The notes: generated from the sequence alone by a model not told the origin. Shown: positions 39,440 to 52,324, counted from the whole stretch's first letter. The stretch is DNA of 62,509 bases, filler included, from Diploschistes diacapsis (GCA_023645945.1; 22 parts of 22 records of this genome joined end to end with filler, not necessarily neighbours in it), one strand, 5' to 3'. A program made the numbers and translations.

Positions 39440-39770
39440 TACCGAACGAAATCAAACGAATTAGCTATCGATTCAAACTATTAAGAGATATTAAGATTTA
39501 CTTAGTATTCCATTTCAAATATTTCGAACCGACATATCTAGATATATCTTTATAAGAAATCTTTTATTTTGAATCGGATAACGAAAACGAATACGAGATC
39601 GAAATAATCGTGTATTATAAAAATAATAAGTATTTAATTAAGTAGAAAGAGTACCCAGAATTAGTTATGATATAGGAAACTAAAGGAAACCTAGAGAACT
39701 ATAAAAAAAAATTAATTAAGTTTTACGAGATCAATAGACTTTTTATCAAAGATAATTGAGACTAGGGTTA
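39440..39770 (+). mobile_element. Chromovirus integrase C-terminus/chromodomain relic
   Basis: IYLVFH...EYEIEIIVYYKNNKYLIK*KEYPE...*ETKGNLEN. Confidence 0.85.
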
Positions 39771-39838
39771 GAAAATTTAAAACACGTACGCACATTTGGT
39801 TTAATTTAAGAAAGCAGCGGCTCTCTCTTATAAAAAAA

Positions 39839-40226
39839 TTAATATGTCCCCATATAGTTCTTTCTCCCACTCAGTCGCTTCGCGAACCTAAACGAAAAGG
39901 TTCGGTTCCTTCTATTTTTTTAACTTACGTTCCAGATACCAAAACTGTTCATCCGTTTTCTTTTAAATAAACTCGAGTTTTCGTTTTTTACGACGTATCT
40001 TAACCAACGCGGCCATAAACTTGTTTTAAAGGTTCTTTACCTCGATCTAAACTTTAGATAAATTTTTTTTTTTATTATTTATCGCACGTTCCACTGCGTT
40101 CCATAATATAGAAATATAAGGAACGCTTTTTTTTCGATATTCGGCGTAAATTAACTTTCCGCGACTAAACGACATCTTTATATAAGTTATACCAGCGAGA
40201 GTATAATAATTATAAGTTATAATATA
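39839..40226 (-). pseudogene. RIP-inactivated antisense Zn2Cys6-like/coiled-coil ORF of a chromovirus
   Basis: YNYYTLAGITYIKMSFSRGKLIYAEYRKKSVPY: six Tyr codons at C-X2-C-X6-C-X11-C-X2-C-X6-C spacing, each one G>A from Cys. Confidence 0.65.
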
Positions 40227-41650
40227 GNNNNNNNNNNNNNNNNNNNNNNNNNNNNNNNNNNNNNNNNNNNNTTAATTAATTAANNNNNNNNNNNNNNNNN
40301 NNNNNNNNNNNNNNNNNNNNNNNNNNNATTAAATTTCAATATTATCGAGGAAAGAAGGGGGTCGGAGGTTTTTCGTTAGTTTAATAAATAATAAATCCGA
40401 AAATTAAGTATTTTTTATTTTAATAACGTGTTTCACGGGGATTCCGGCCATCCTCAAATTCCGGCCACTTTTGCCAAGAAATAGTATAAATCTTCAATAA
40501 TTCTTCGAAATTAATCGTTATTTTTATTTTATTTTTCAAACTATTACTTTTTAATCAATTATCTGTCATAAAAAGTGCACATTGATTGCGTCATCAGCTT
40601 ATTTTTTTAAGCGAATTAAAAATGACGACTCGAAAAAGCGAATTTTTGCATCTTTTAAAATCTGCTTTAACCAGGGAAAAAATTTTTCTTTAAATGATCT
40701 ATTATGAGCGGTTTTATGCGTAGATTTCATTAAAAATGTAAAAAAAAACATTTTTTCGACGATATACAGTCGTGATGTGGCTTTATTCTTCAAAATCCGA
40801 TTGATTTTAAATAATTTAGCCATACAACGGCTAGTTTTCGCTTAATCTAAATTTTCTAAAATGACTGAAAAATAATGAAAAAGGTCACACAACGACAGTA
40901 TAACGTCGAAAAAACGCTTTTTTTATATTTTTAACTAGGCTGGCCGTTCCGTGCTACTGACACAGACACTGACACCGCAGCAAAAATTTTCTCGACACTG
41001 ACATTAACACTGACACTACACTGTAGTGAAAGCACGGACACAAATCCTATAATTAAAATAGGCTGGCCGTCACTGACACTGACACGGCCGTGTCAGTGAC
41101 ACGGATATTGACAGTGTCAGTGTCCGTGTTTTAGATTTTTTAACTACGGTGTCCGTGTCCGTGGATTTACGGAAGTGCAGTGTCCGTATTAATATTAATA
41201 TTTTAAAATTTTTAATTATAATGTCCGTGTCCGTGTTTTTATTATAATATAGTGTTTATGTTAATATCCGTGTCGAAAAATTTTTTATTACGATATTCGT
41301 ATCCGTGCATTTATCGAAATATTTTAAATTATTTTTTTAATTTTAATAATTCTAGAATTATCACGCCTATTTCTTACGCTTTTATTTTTTTAAAAAAATT
41401 TCACTGCGGTGTTTCGGTGGATTCACCGCAGTATTTCGATAAATTCACGGAAATGCAGTATCCGTGTTAATATCAATGTTTTAAAATTTTTAATTATAAT
41501 ATCCGTGTCCGTGTTTTTACTATAAAGTAATGTCCGTGTTAGTGTCCGTGTTTTAAAATTTTAGCTGTCGTATCCGTGTCATTGTCCGTGTTTTGAAAAT
41601 TTTTGCTGTAGTGTCCGTGTCAGTGACCGTGGCACGAAACGGCCAGCCTA

Positions 41651-42090
41651 CTTTAATTTCTTAAACCAGAACTTTTATTAAAAAGACATACATAAACAGT
41701 CAGGAAATATGTTACCACCTGCGATATATATCAAAGAATTAAAGTTTATCGACATAAAACCTATGATAGTCTCAGTTCTCTACCCGTCCTAAAGGACATC
41801 TGGGAGGAACTAACTATGGATTTTATTACCGGTGTTCCGCCGGGTCATCACAACGGGAAAGTGTAACAGCGGGGGTAGTGCCTAATAGGTAGCGCTATCC
41901 CACTGAGCCTAAAGACTGAACACAATGCTTTCAGGAACCCCGAAGCACTATTTCCCTATTACACTATATGTAGGTGCGTGGCTGTGGCAGCAGGTGGCAG
42001 ATGTGTAACCCCGCAGGCCTTATAGAAAGCCGTCGACGCGATCATGGTAATCGTAGACAGGTACTCTAAAATGGCAAAATATTTTAGTGT
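41651..42090 (+). mobile_element. Gypsy integrase core interrupted by a solo LTR (41862-42024, TSD GAAAG)
   Basis: LPVLKDIWEELTMDFITGVPPGHHNGK|AVDAIMVIVDRYSKMA is restored when the LTR and one TSD are removed. Confidence 0.9.
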
Positions 42091-42462
42091 NNNNNNNNNN
42101 NNNNNNNNNNNNNNNNNNNNNNNNNNNNNNNNNNTTAATTAATTAANNNNNNNNNNNNNNNNNNNNNNNNNNNNNNNNNNNNNNNNNNNNTATTGATAAT
42201 TAATTATTAATTTAAATTATATAAGAACGTCGTCGTGGTTTTTATAAATTTAAAACGTGTTTACTTTTATAAATATTCTTAATTATTATTCGGAATTAAT
42301 CTGTATTCGTTACTTCTATTATTAAAGAAACTCCTTTCTAAAGACAGTCTAAGACCTATAACTGCTCTACCTTCTTCTCCTGCTTGCACTCCTCTTCTAA
42401 ACGAGACCAAACCCACCTTGATCTATACCTTGTGTCTACCTTATAAAGATAGAGATCATAAC

Positions 42463-42824
42463 AATACTACACTACCGGGGGCTAAGCCTGATCCGGAAGG
42501 ATTACGTGTAGCTAGGCATCTACAGGTAAAAGGTCTCGATTCGAAAAGCTGAAAAAGAAACTATCTAAGTAGAAGGAAGGTACCGTTAAATAGTATGAAT
42601 GCCAGACCTACCGGGATTCGGGGACTACCCGTCTACATAACTACTCCTTAACCCTACCGTGTCTTGGCAAACACCTGGATATTAACCCTGCCGTGTCTTG
42701 GCAGCATCTGGACATTGACCCTATCGTGTCTTGGCAAGCATCTGGGCATTAACCCTACCGTGGCTTGGCAAACCCAGCTTGGCAGGCCCAGCTTAGCAGG
42801 CCCCTAGGCTGAACTGTCTCACTA
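42463..42824 (-). repeat. LTR family 4 with internal tandem repeats; other copies about 39240-39439 (-) and 57955-58256 (+)
   Basis: TGAGACAG near the start; repeated ACCCTGCCGTGTCTTGGCA units with variable copy number. Confidence 0.75.
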
Positions 42825-45800
42825 CCTTCTTTTCCAGATGCTTATATTTTTTATAAACGCGATACTCTTTTCGATCAATTTTTACCTCGATCTTCATCCC
42901 TTTTTTTAATTTATTTAAAAAAGGTTTAAATCGTAGAAATCCGAAAACCTAGGATCTAAATTATAAGATTTTAGGATAGATTAATTTAAAAATAAAAGAT
43001 ATATTATTAAAAAAGATCGCGGGACCTTAATACGCTAACATAGGATATATTAAAATAAGAAATATTTAAATCCAGATTTATTTATATAAACCAAGAAAAA
43101 AACCTTTTCTCCTTCTCTTTTTAACAATATCGAAGTTTAGTTAAACCAAGCTGAATCCTATCCATCATCTTAATAACCTTCGATATCTAATAAAGCCGTT
43201 ACCTTCTTTAATAAACCTAATCGAATTTCTTGTCAATCTTCGAAATCTAATAAAATCGCTACTGTCGCTACTAAACTTTTTCGACCTTATTCATTATCGA
43301 GAATCAGCTAAACCACGTTAATTTATCTCGATTTCTCCGATAATGATCGATATCCAGCTTTATCGCTACTAAACCGATGTTATGATCTCTATCTCTACAA
43401 GGTAGACACGAGGTATTGATCAAGGTAGGTTTAGTCTCGTTTAGAAGAGGAGTGCAAGCAGGAGAAGAAGGTAGAGCAGTTATAGGTCTTGGACTGTTTC
43501 TGGAAAGAAGGTTCTTTAATAATAGAGGTAACGAATATAGATTGATCTCGAGTAATGACTAAGGATGTTTATGAAAGTGAACACGTTCTGGACTTATGAA
43601 GACCATGGCGACGTTCCTATATAGCTAACAGCTCCTCTAGTGGAGTAGATGAGTAGATGAGTAGAATTACCGTTCTCCCTTTCTACCCACGACTGTGTTA
43701 TGATCTCTATCTCTACAAGGTAGACACGAGGTATTGATCAAGGTAGGTTTGGTCTCGTTTAGAAGAGGAGTGCAAGCAGGAGAAGAAGGTAGAGTAGTTA
43801 TAGGTCTTAGACTGTCTTTAGAAAGAAGGCTCTTTAATAATAGAAATAACGAATATAAAATAATCCCGAATAATAATTAAAGATGTTTATAAAAATAAAC
43901 ACGTCTTAAATTTATAAAAACTATAACGACGTTCTTATATAATTAATAATTCNNNNNNNNNNNNNNNNNNNNNNNNNNNNNNNNNNNNNNNNNNNNTTAA
44001 TTAATTAANNNNNNNNNNNNNNNNNNNNNNNNNNNNNNNNNNNNNNNNNNNNGTTATATTAACTATAAATTACCTAAAGATTATAATAATAGAGATAAAA
44101 GAAAAGTAAACATATAAAACGGTAGAAATATCGGAAAAAAACTATAAAAAAAATAATCTATTATAAAAACGTTAATACAGACTTTCCGACAGAAGTTGAT
44201 ACGAGCTAGCCATACTATTGAACGAGTAAACGCCCAATAGGGCCAGATCTTTACTATCTCTGCATACCTTAATGATATATACGGCACTATAGAATCATAT
44301 GTGAAAGTAATGAATATGTTTATTACTATCGTTAACGGATATCTCGACCTAACGCGCAATCTATTAGCACAATCTATAATTAAAAGGTTATATAACAGTA
44401 CCGTCGGAATATACAAATTAAAAATCTTGATAGTTATAAACATCTTTAAGGCAACCCAGCAAGTAAGAAAGATTTTAAGGTCTAAAAAAAAAAGAAAGTC
44501 TTAATAATTGAACAAGCGAATCTGATCAATAAGAAGATAAAATTAGATACCATTAACCTTAGAATTACTGACCTGGATGTGTCTAAATACTCGATCATAC
44601 CTATTGATCTAAACAAGTCGTCTAAATAACTATTAATCACGTCGCCTCAATCTTCAACCTCATCGGAAGTGAAAAATACTTCTGTTAAAAAAAATAGTGA
44701 AAAAATAAGATAAAAAGAACTAAGAATATAAGAACAACACGAGGCCTTAGGAACTCATAATAGGATAAAGTATTACCTATTTGCTTAAATAATTATTTAC
44801 TTATCTATTAGTTCTACAGCATGTATACTCGTCTATCTATTTATTTAATACTATCTTACTGATAAATTTTTTATATGATTAATCTTCCTACTTGATACTT
44901 TCTTACTTATTTATAATTTATGTATTAATTTACTTACCTACTTATTTATTTACTATTATCTGCTCGAAAAATGTGGCGAGAGAAGAGATGGAAGTGAAAA
45001 ACGGGAAAGACGTGTTGTTGGTTATATCTACCTAACGAAACAATAACGGATAGTATAAATATTATAAAAGATAAGAATGTCTTTAGAAAGGTATTTACGG
45101 ATGATATAGATACGGTAGAAGTTAGGGATATTTTTGGATAATTATCGTTTTTCTGTCCTGCCGTGTTCGAGAGAGTAAAATGTAAAGGAATAGGTTCAAA
45201 AGTATAATTACGTCGAGAAAGAAGTGTTAAAAATGATAGATTATTCGATATTTTAGTTGCTTAGAAGGTATAGGGTTATATTAGAATATAAATAACGGGA
45301 TAGAAATTTTTTATTACGGAGATTTATATGGAGTTCGTTATAAGACAGCGAATTATTAAAGGAAGGGTCGTATATAAATATAAAAGTAGGCGGTAGATTT
45401 AATAAAGGTAATCCTTATAGGGCAGCTCCATTTAAGGAAGGCCTGTTAGGTAGCTCTAGACAAGCAATGCATCCTACATCTCATAAATGTCCTACCTAGG
45501 TATGCTGTTGACTACGAGATCACACTACATTCACCTACTACACCACCTACGACTACCTACCTACTACAGCAAGGGAAGTCTCCCTAGACAGCGCGCCTTG
45601 TGTTTATAGTATAAGTTCGTTTATCGGTTTCACGAGGGGCAGGTAAGTAAATTAAATCTTTTATATTAATTTTATTATTATTATCTATTGTATCACGTGA
45701 TAAGATCTTAATAATTAGAGGTCTATCAATTTTAATTACTTTAAGATTTAATCGAGAAATAATTAAGATTTTTTCGACTTTTTTTCGTTTCTTAACAGAA

Positions 45801-48230
45801 AATAATCCTAGGTNNNNNNNNNNNNNNNNNNNNNNNNNNNNNNNNNNNNNNNNNNNNTTAATTAATTAANNNNNNNNNNNNNNNNNNNNNNNNNNNNNNN
45901 NNNNNNNNNNNNNCTCACCAACCTCCCACAAAGACCGGGTTCATACTGAACAACTCACGCCGCATAGAAAGCCATACAACGGCGACTATTATACCATTTA
46001 CCGTGACCGATCCGAACGTTTCAACATGCTGCGCATCTCGGTGACCGATCCCACAGCAGCCTGACAAGAAGAACCACCTTTGAAACAGACAGCACAGATC
46101 ACAGCTTCCGCTGCTCTCTCCCAAAGCAGGCTATTCTCCCAAACCCCCTTGGCAAGGCGAAGTCGGGGCTCGAGAGGTGGAAGACGAAACAGAACTGCAA
46201 CTAACCACGTCCTGCACGTGCGCTTTTTGGTTCGGTTCCGCAGGATCTATCCAAGTGGGCAGTACCTGCTACTGCCCCAGAGCCCATCACCGGCCCAAAT
46301 ATCATCGAGGCAAAATATCCAGCTCGAATTGTGAATGAGGGTACAGAAGTGTTCACCATCTACACAATGGCTTATTGGACGGATGATGGCAGGATCTATA
46401 TAGCAAATACCCGTCTTCGCCACGGACAGTACTGGTCTCTAGCGGGCCTGAATTCGCTCCAGCCACTGCTATTATTCTGCGCGGTCAGTCGGCCGCCTAC
46501 AGGACAAGCACTAGCGTCATAGTCCAACCCGTCATGCAATTGCAAAGAGATGTACTGGATGCTACCGCTGCTCCCCCAGAGCCGACCGTCGCCCCGAAAA
46601 GCCAAGGACCAAAAGATCCAGCTCGGCACATGAACGAGGCCAGGCAGGGCGCCCACTCCAATCCCCAGGGTCGTATACCGCTGAATCCCTACACGATGGC
46701 TTACTGGGAAGGGATGCCATGCCGCAGGATTCACGTGGCCAGCTGCCCGTCTTCGGTACGGATAGTGAGGATCTTCATCTGTCGTCGATGTTCTGGGCCG
46801 AGCAAGGACCTCCGAGGCCCAGGGTAGCGGGCCGGCAGCCGCTCAAGCCCGCTGCTCTTCTGGCCGGCCAGACAGCCTGCTACCAAAACCAGTACTACGG
46901 TCCCAGCCCCAAACCCTCGGTGTGTTGGACAGAAGAAATGCACCTGCAACCGTCTCTCCAGACGGGATTGTTAGTTGGGTTTCCCATGGCCCCTGAAGCT
47001 TATGGACGACGCCAAGTTGATTGAGCTGGAGGCGAACAAGCTTGAGGAAAGGGACGGAAGCTTTCTTCGGTCAGACGGTTCGGGGACAAGCCGGTCTCAA
47101 ACCCCAATCCACACGCTACCCACGCTACCCCAACGCGGACCACAACGTGGCCCACAGGAAGGCCAAAACCAGGCCAACGCAGCACAGCGTCGAAAACGCT
47201 CCATCGACCTCCCCGTCGTCGACGAAGCAGTCGCGCAGTCCGACAGCGACAGCCTATGGGGGCTGCGTCACGACGCTGCTGGGGAAGATGCGACATCGGC
47301 CTTTACCGCCGACGAACAAAGCAGCCTCGACCGGCCCGCCTGCTGCAGTTTCCTCGAGATGCTGCTCGGCAAGCGCGACGAACCGAGACCTGGGGGCGGC
47401 AGCGGGGGGGGGATCGGAACGCAGCCCCGTGCGTCTACGGGGGGACAGCGACAATGGGCTGGGGTTCGGGTTCGGGGGTGATCAGGACGCCCCTTGGCGC
47501 CCTAGGCGTGCCACGCCACACACACACACGACAGCTAGCTACTACTACGACGGCTGCTTCGTAGCGTTGTTAATTAAAAGCTTTTGACAGCCCCAGGATG
47601 CCGATTAAATCCCCGTGGTTTTGGGCACATTCAGCAGGCGTCCAGAAGCTTTTTTTTCTTCTTTTCTTTCTTTNNNNNNNNNNNNNNNNNNNNNNNNNNN
47701 NNNNNNNNNNNNNNNNNTTAATTAATTAANNNNNNNNNNNNNNNNNNNNNNNNNNNNNNNNNNNNNNNNNNNNAACGATTTATAACGCGTAAAAAACGTT
47801 ATCGCGTTTTTAAAATCGAGAAAGATAAAGAAAAAAATAGAATCGATTTAGATCGATTAAATTTTAATTGCGACAAACAGGTTATATCTAAAAACCGTAG
47901 AATGGTGGCGGTAATGATTTGAGGTGGCTTAGATGGGGGAGTGGCCCCACTCCCCGTGAAACACGTTATCAAAAACGTATCAACAATTAAAGTAAAAGTT
48001 TAATTAAACTATACTAAACTTTTATTATCTGGATCTACGGTGGATTATAATATTCTTTTTATTCCCTATGATTAATCCGAGCCGGATAATGGTGGCCGAC
48101 GGTCAGTAAGGAGATTCTTACGGGTTAAGGTTTTTAGAAAAGAGACTAAACCTGAACCTGAATCTGAACCTGAGTTTGAATTTATTAAACCGAACGCAAC
48201 GAAGTTTATTAAGTTAAAGACGAGTATCGT

Positions 48231-48685
48231 TGTTATGATCTCTATCTCTACAATGTAGACACGAGGTATTAATTAAGGTAGGTTTGGTCTCTGTTAGAAG
48301 AGGAGTGCAAGCAGGAGAAGAAGTAGATCGGTAACAAGTCTGTTCTAATCTCTAAAAAAAATTGCTATCTATTAATAAAAATAACGAATATAAATTGTTC
48401 CCGAGCAATAACTAAAAATATCTATAAAAATAAACACACCAAAACTCATAAAAACCATAACGACGTTTCTATATAACCAACTACTCTTTAACGAAATAGA
48501 TCAATAAATAAATAAAATTACCGTTCTCCCGTTCTACTTATAAAAAATAAAATAACTTTTAAGGCTTTCTACTCATCACGTGACTAATGTCACCATAATT
48601 GAACTATATATAAAGAATAATTAGGTTAAGCCCGATCAGCTATGAAGTACCAAGTAACTACCACCTAGTCACTTAGATCGTAACA
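48231..48685 (-). repeat. ~455-bp chromovirus 3' LTR (family 3) with PPT at 48686-48699; copies at 55665-56117, 57377-57828, tandem 43378-43952, partial 38465-38754, 42191-42462, 53890-54082, 57053-57244, 60900-61044
   Basis: TGTTA...TAACA termini; minus-strand PPT AAGGAGGGGGATAG abuts the LTR; chromodomain lies upstream on the minus strand. Confidence 0.9.
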
Positions 48686-48777
48686 CTATCCCCCTCCTTC
48701 AACCTTGTCGGCCCGACAAACACCGAAAAGTAAACATAAGTATTAAATAAAAGAGAATCCCAAGTCGTGGGACAGCG

Positions 48778-49328
48778 ATATCTTCTTCATCTTCGAAACA
48801 AAAAAAACGTCTAAACTCCATCATTCGTTTTCGGGATTATCTAAATACACTACTTTATAACCATTATCTATTCTCTTACGACTATATTAGGATATTTTCT
48901 GTTTCCGTTAAATACGCTCGCTATACTAAGTCTAATAAGAAAGATTACATTTCTATCACCTAAAAAATAATTAAACGAACTATCCTTTCGACACGCGAAG
49001 AAATCGATAAAGATAAAAAGCTTATTAACGAAAATAATAAACAAAAAAAAAGCTAAAAAAACAACTCCGTAAAATTAAAAATCGTCGTCTCTAACGCAAA
49101 CGTCGCATTCGCCGAAATCGAAAGATTCTCAAATTAACGAAAGATCATACTAACGAACAAACGCGCTATTTAACGAAAAAACTAGATTTAAAATCGTCTA
49201 AAGCATATACCAACGTCTAAAAAGATTTATCAACGAAATTCGATCTAGAATTATCTAAATTAAGGATAATATCGCCGGGTCAATTAAATCAGATCCTAAA
49301 AAATAAGATTCCCGTTTCACCAGAGTAA
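48778..49328 (+). pseudogene. RIP-inactivated antisense Cys6/coiled-coil ORF between PPT and chromodomain; second copy about 61137-61690
   Basis: The 61xxx copy keeps three Cys (HDC, RCTESGRKNC); ATG retained in the copies at 57337 and 57921; homologous to the 39839-40226 relic. Confidence 0.65.
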
Positions 49329-49379
49329 CTCTTATATCAGATATACGTATATTCCGTAAACTTTCCATCCTTAATTCCA

Positions 49380-49531
49380 ATTATCTTTAATAATAAATCC
49401 GTTAATATCGTAGAATTTCGCTAATTTTACCTTACAGTTCCCTAGGTTTTCTTTTAATTCCCATATCATATCTAACTCTAAATATCCTTTCCATTTAATT
49501 AAATACTTATTATTTTTATAATATATAATTA
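49380..49531 (-). mobile_element. Chromodomain of chromovirus integrase (also about 61760-61990, integrase relic continuing toward 62509)
   Basis: KYLIKWKGYLELDMIWELKENLGNC. Confidence 0.9.
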
Positions 49532-50028
49532 NNNNNNNNNNNNNNNNNNNNNNNNNNNNNNNNNNNNNNNNNNNNTTAATTAATTAANNNNNNNNNNNNN
49601 NNNNNNNNNNNNNNNNNNNNNNNNNNNNNNNGTGTCCGTGTTCGTGAATTTACGAAAATATAATATCCGTATTAATATTAATATTTTAAAAATTTTAATT
49701 ATAATATCCGTGTTCGTGGATTTACGGAAGTACAGTGTCCGTATTAATTTTAATATTTTAAAATTTTAACTATCGTGTCCGTGTCAGTGTCCGTGTTTTG
49801 AAAATTTTTGCTATAGTGTCCGTGTCAGTGACCGTGGCACGAAACGGCCAGCCTAGAATAAATATAATCGAAAAGATTCGACGCGAACATATTCAATTCG
49901 ATTCGAATTTAAAAATTACGATCGCGAATTTTTAATTTATTAATAACGTGTTTGACGGGGAAGCGGGCCACCCCCAGAAGTGGGCCACTTTATTACGATC
50001 CAAGTGACTAGGTGGTAGTCCATTTGGC

Positions 50029-51152
50029 TGTAGTAGATTGTTGGTGTAGTGTATTGAATGATGATGATCGCTAGTTAGGTGGGCCAGCGAGCACTATATA
50101 GCCATAGTGGGCAGCATCGTCATAGATGCTGCTGCAGCGACGTCAGCAGCGACGTCAGCTATGCCATTACAATATCCCTCTAGCAATAATACTTATGCCC
50201 ACATAAGCAAGTAATATCGATCCCCTTAACAAAGAAGTTCGACACATAATAATTCCAAAACCACTTTTGCCCCATAATAAATTTAAAGCCAAAAAAGCTC
50301 AGTATAATGCTTCAAATAGGCCCTGAATAACATCCCTAAGCAGTCTTCATAACCTACTCTATTATATACCCAAATCCTTGCTCTTTCTTGATGTCGAAGC
50401 TGTCGGTAAGAGTTCCAGCTTCCCATATAGATTTGGCGGTGAGAGAGAAAACAAAAGAATGGGCGACTAAAGATTATAGAGACAGACGAAAGCGTTGAGA
50501 AAGAAAGCAAGCCTGTATCCGAGGATTCCAATATCCAGCTAGATCTTGGTGGCAGGAGGGAAACGAGGCGAATGGCGAGACCGGCTCGAGAGGTTGATCT
50601 GGCCGATAACTAATAACTGCTCCAGGCAGGTGTCCGACATACTGGATCCTATTGTTCCAAGGCATTCTCTTCTCTCATAGAGATTTGGTAGGGAAAAGGA
50701 AGACACGAGAACTCGCTAACCGATAGGTAGCTGTTCTATAAGATTCCATTCCTAGGCCAAATTTGCTAGGTGAGAAGAAAATAAAGGAATAATTGTCTAT
50801 TGCTCTAAGACTAGAGCATAGGGAAACTAATTCTGAAAACCACAAATCCTCATACAAAAATGTATAATAAATAAGGACTTTTAGAAGCTCCGAATGGTGG
50901 CTAAAAAAGCTCTTTTTAGACCCAAAATGGGACTGGGTAGAGAAATGAATCTCTGTTGGTGCTATAAAGCACTAGGACAGTAGATCAAACCATAATCGTT
51001 ACTACCAAATGTAATAGATTGTTAATGTAGTGTATTGAATGATGATGATCGCTAGTTAGATGGGCCAGCGAGCACTATATAGCCATAGTGGGCAGCGTCG
51101 TCATAGATGCTACTGCAGCGACGTCAGCAGCGACGTCAGCTATGCCATTACA
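50029..51152 (-). mobile_element. Complete TRIM-like non-autonomous LTR element, 143-bp LTRs, TSD TTGGC
   Basis: LTRs 50029-50171 and 51010-51152 (TG...CA); TGGTAG PBS-like at 51007-51002; short purine tract at 50172-50181; inserted in a family 3 LTR. Confidence 0.88.
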
Positions 51153-51488
51153 TTGGCACTTCACAGCTGATCGGGCCTAACCTAATTACTCCTTATATAT
51201 AATTTAATCATAGTAACATTAATTACGTGATAAGTAAAAAGCCTTAAAGGTTATTTTACTTTCTATAAATAAAACGAAAGAACGGTAATTTTATTTATTT
51301 ATTAATTTATTTCGTTAAAAAATAATTAACTAACTTATATAAAAACGCGTCATGGCTCTTTATTACGATCCAAGGTACTAGTCAATAGNNNNNNNNNNNN
51401 NNNNNNNNNNNNNNNNNNNNNNNNNNNNNNNNTTAATTAATTAANNNNNNNNNNNNNNNNNNNNNNNNNNNNNNNNNNNNNNNNNNNN

Positions 51489-52270
51489 GATAAAAAAGAA
51501 GTCGTCTTTAATAATAGTTATAGTATATAATCTACGTACGTATTATTTACTCGATTTCCTTATCGTACGTAATCTTAAGCGATCTAAAACATCCGATATC
51601 AAGAAATTAAAGAATATGCGATAAATAAATAGATATATAGAACGAAATGATGTTATTATTCTTACAATAATTAATAAAATCGATCATACGATGGCTATTA
51701 TGACCATTAAGGATTAATAAACAGTATTTATTTTTCGTATAAGGTTATAAATAATTTTAAAAATGTTTTAGTTAATATTAATATTCTTTAATAATCGATT
51801 TTATATTAAAATCGCATTTTAAGCATTTCTTGTCTTCGTACGAAATTTTATACTTATCGTGATCCGACCGGCCGTGTATTTCGAATTACGCGTACTAAAT
51901 TAGCCATATCGCGTATGTCGTCTTATCGCGGCGAAAAATTATATTCGATTAAATTAATCGTACGTTTAAAAATCGGTTCTTCTTTTAACATAATTAAATT
52001 TATTAAGTTAATTAAGATATCGTATCTTAAAATACGATTATCGCGTCGAGTAATAAGTGTCGTACGAGGAATCTTATATATCTGAAATACGCGTTTTATA
52101 TTAACATTTAGGTCTCGTTTGATAGCCTAAAGTGTCAGTATGATTCTATTTTTAAATAAAAATGATTCCATAATCGTACGTATAGAAAATTAATACCAAA
52201 GTTAAAAGTTCGTAAAATCGGATGGGGGGTATCCGCTCGCTATGAGTATCCGCTCGTTATACATATACGT
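51489..52270 (-). mobile_element. Internally deleted Pogo/Fot1 transposon (HTH joined to late DDE_1) with TIR
   Basis: TIR with CGAGCGGATAC x2; ATG about 52171, IPRTTL...DMANL...NFVRR, then LLILNGHNSH...SHIL*FLDIGCF. Confidence 0.88.
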
Positions 52271-52324
52271 TATATTATAATTATTAATTTTTTTGCTTAC
52301 GTAATATATTAATAAGAAAATAAT

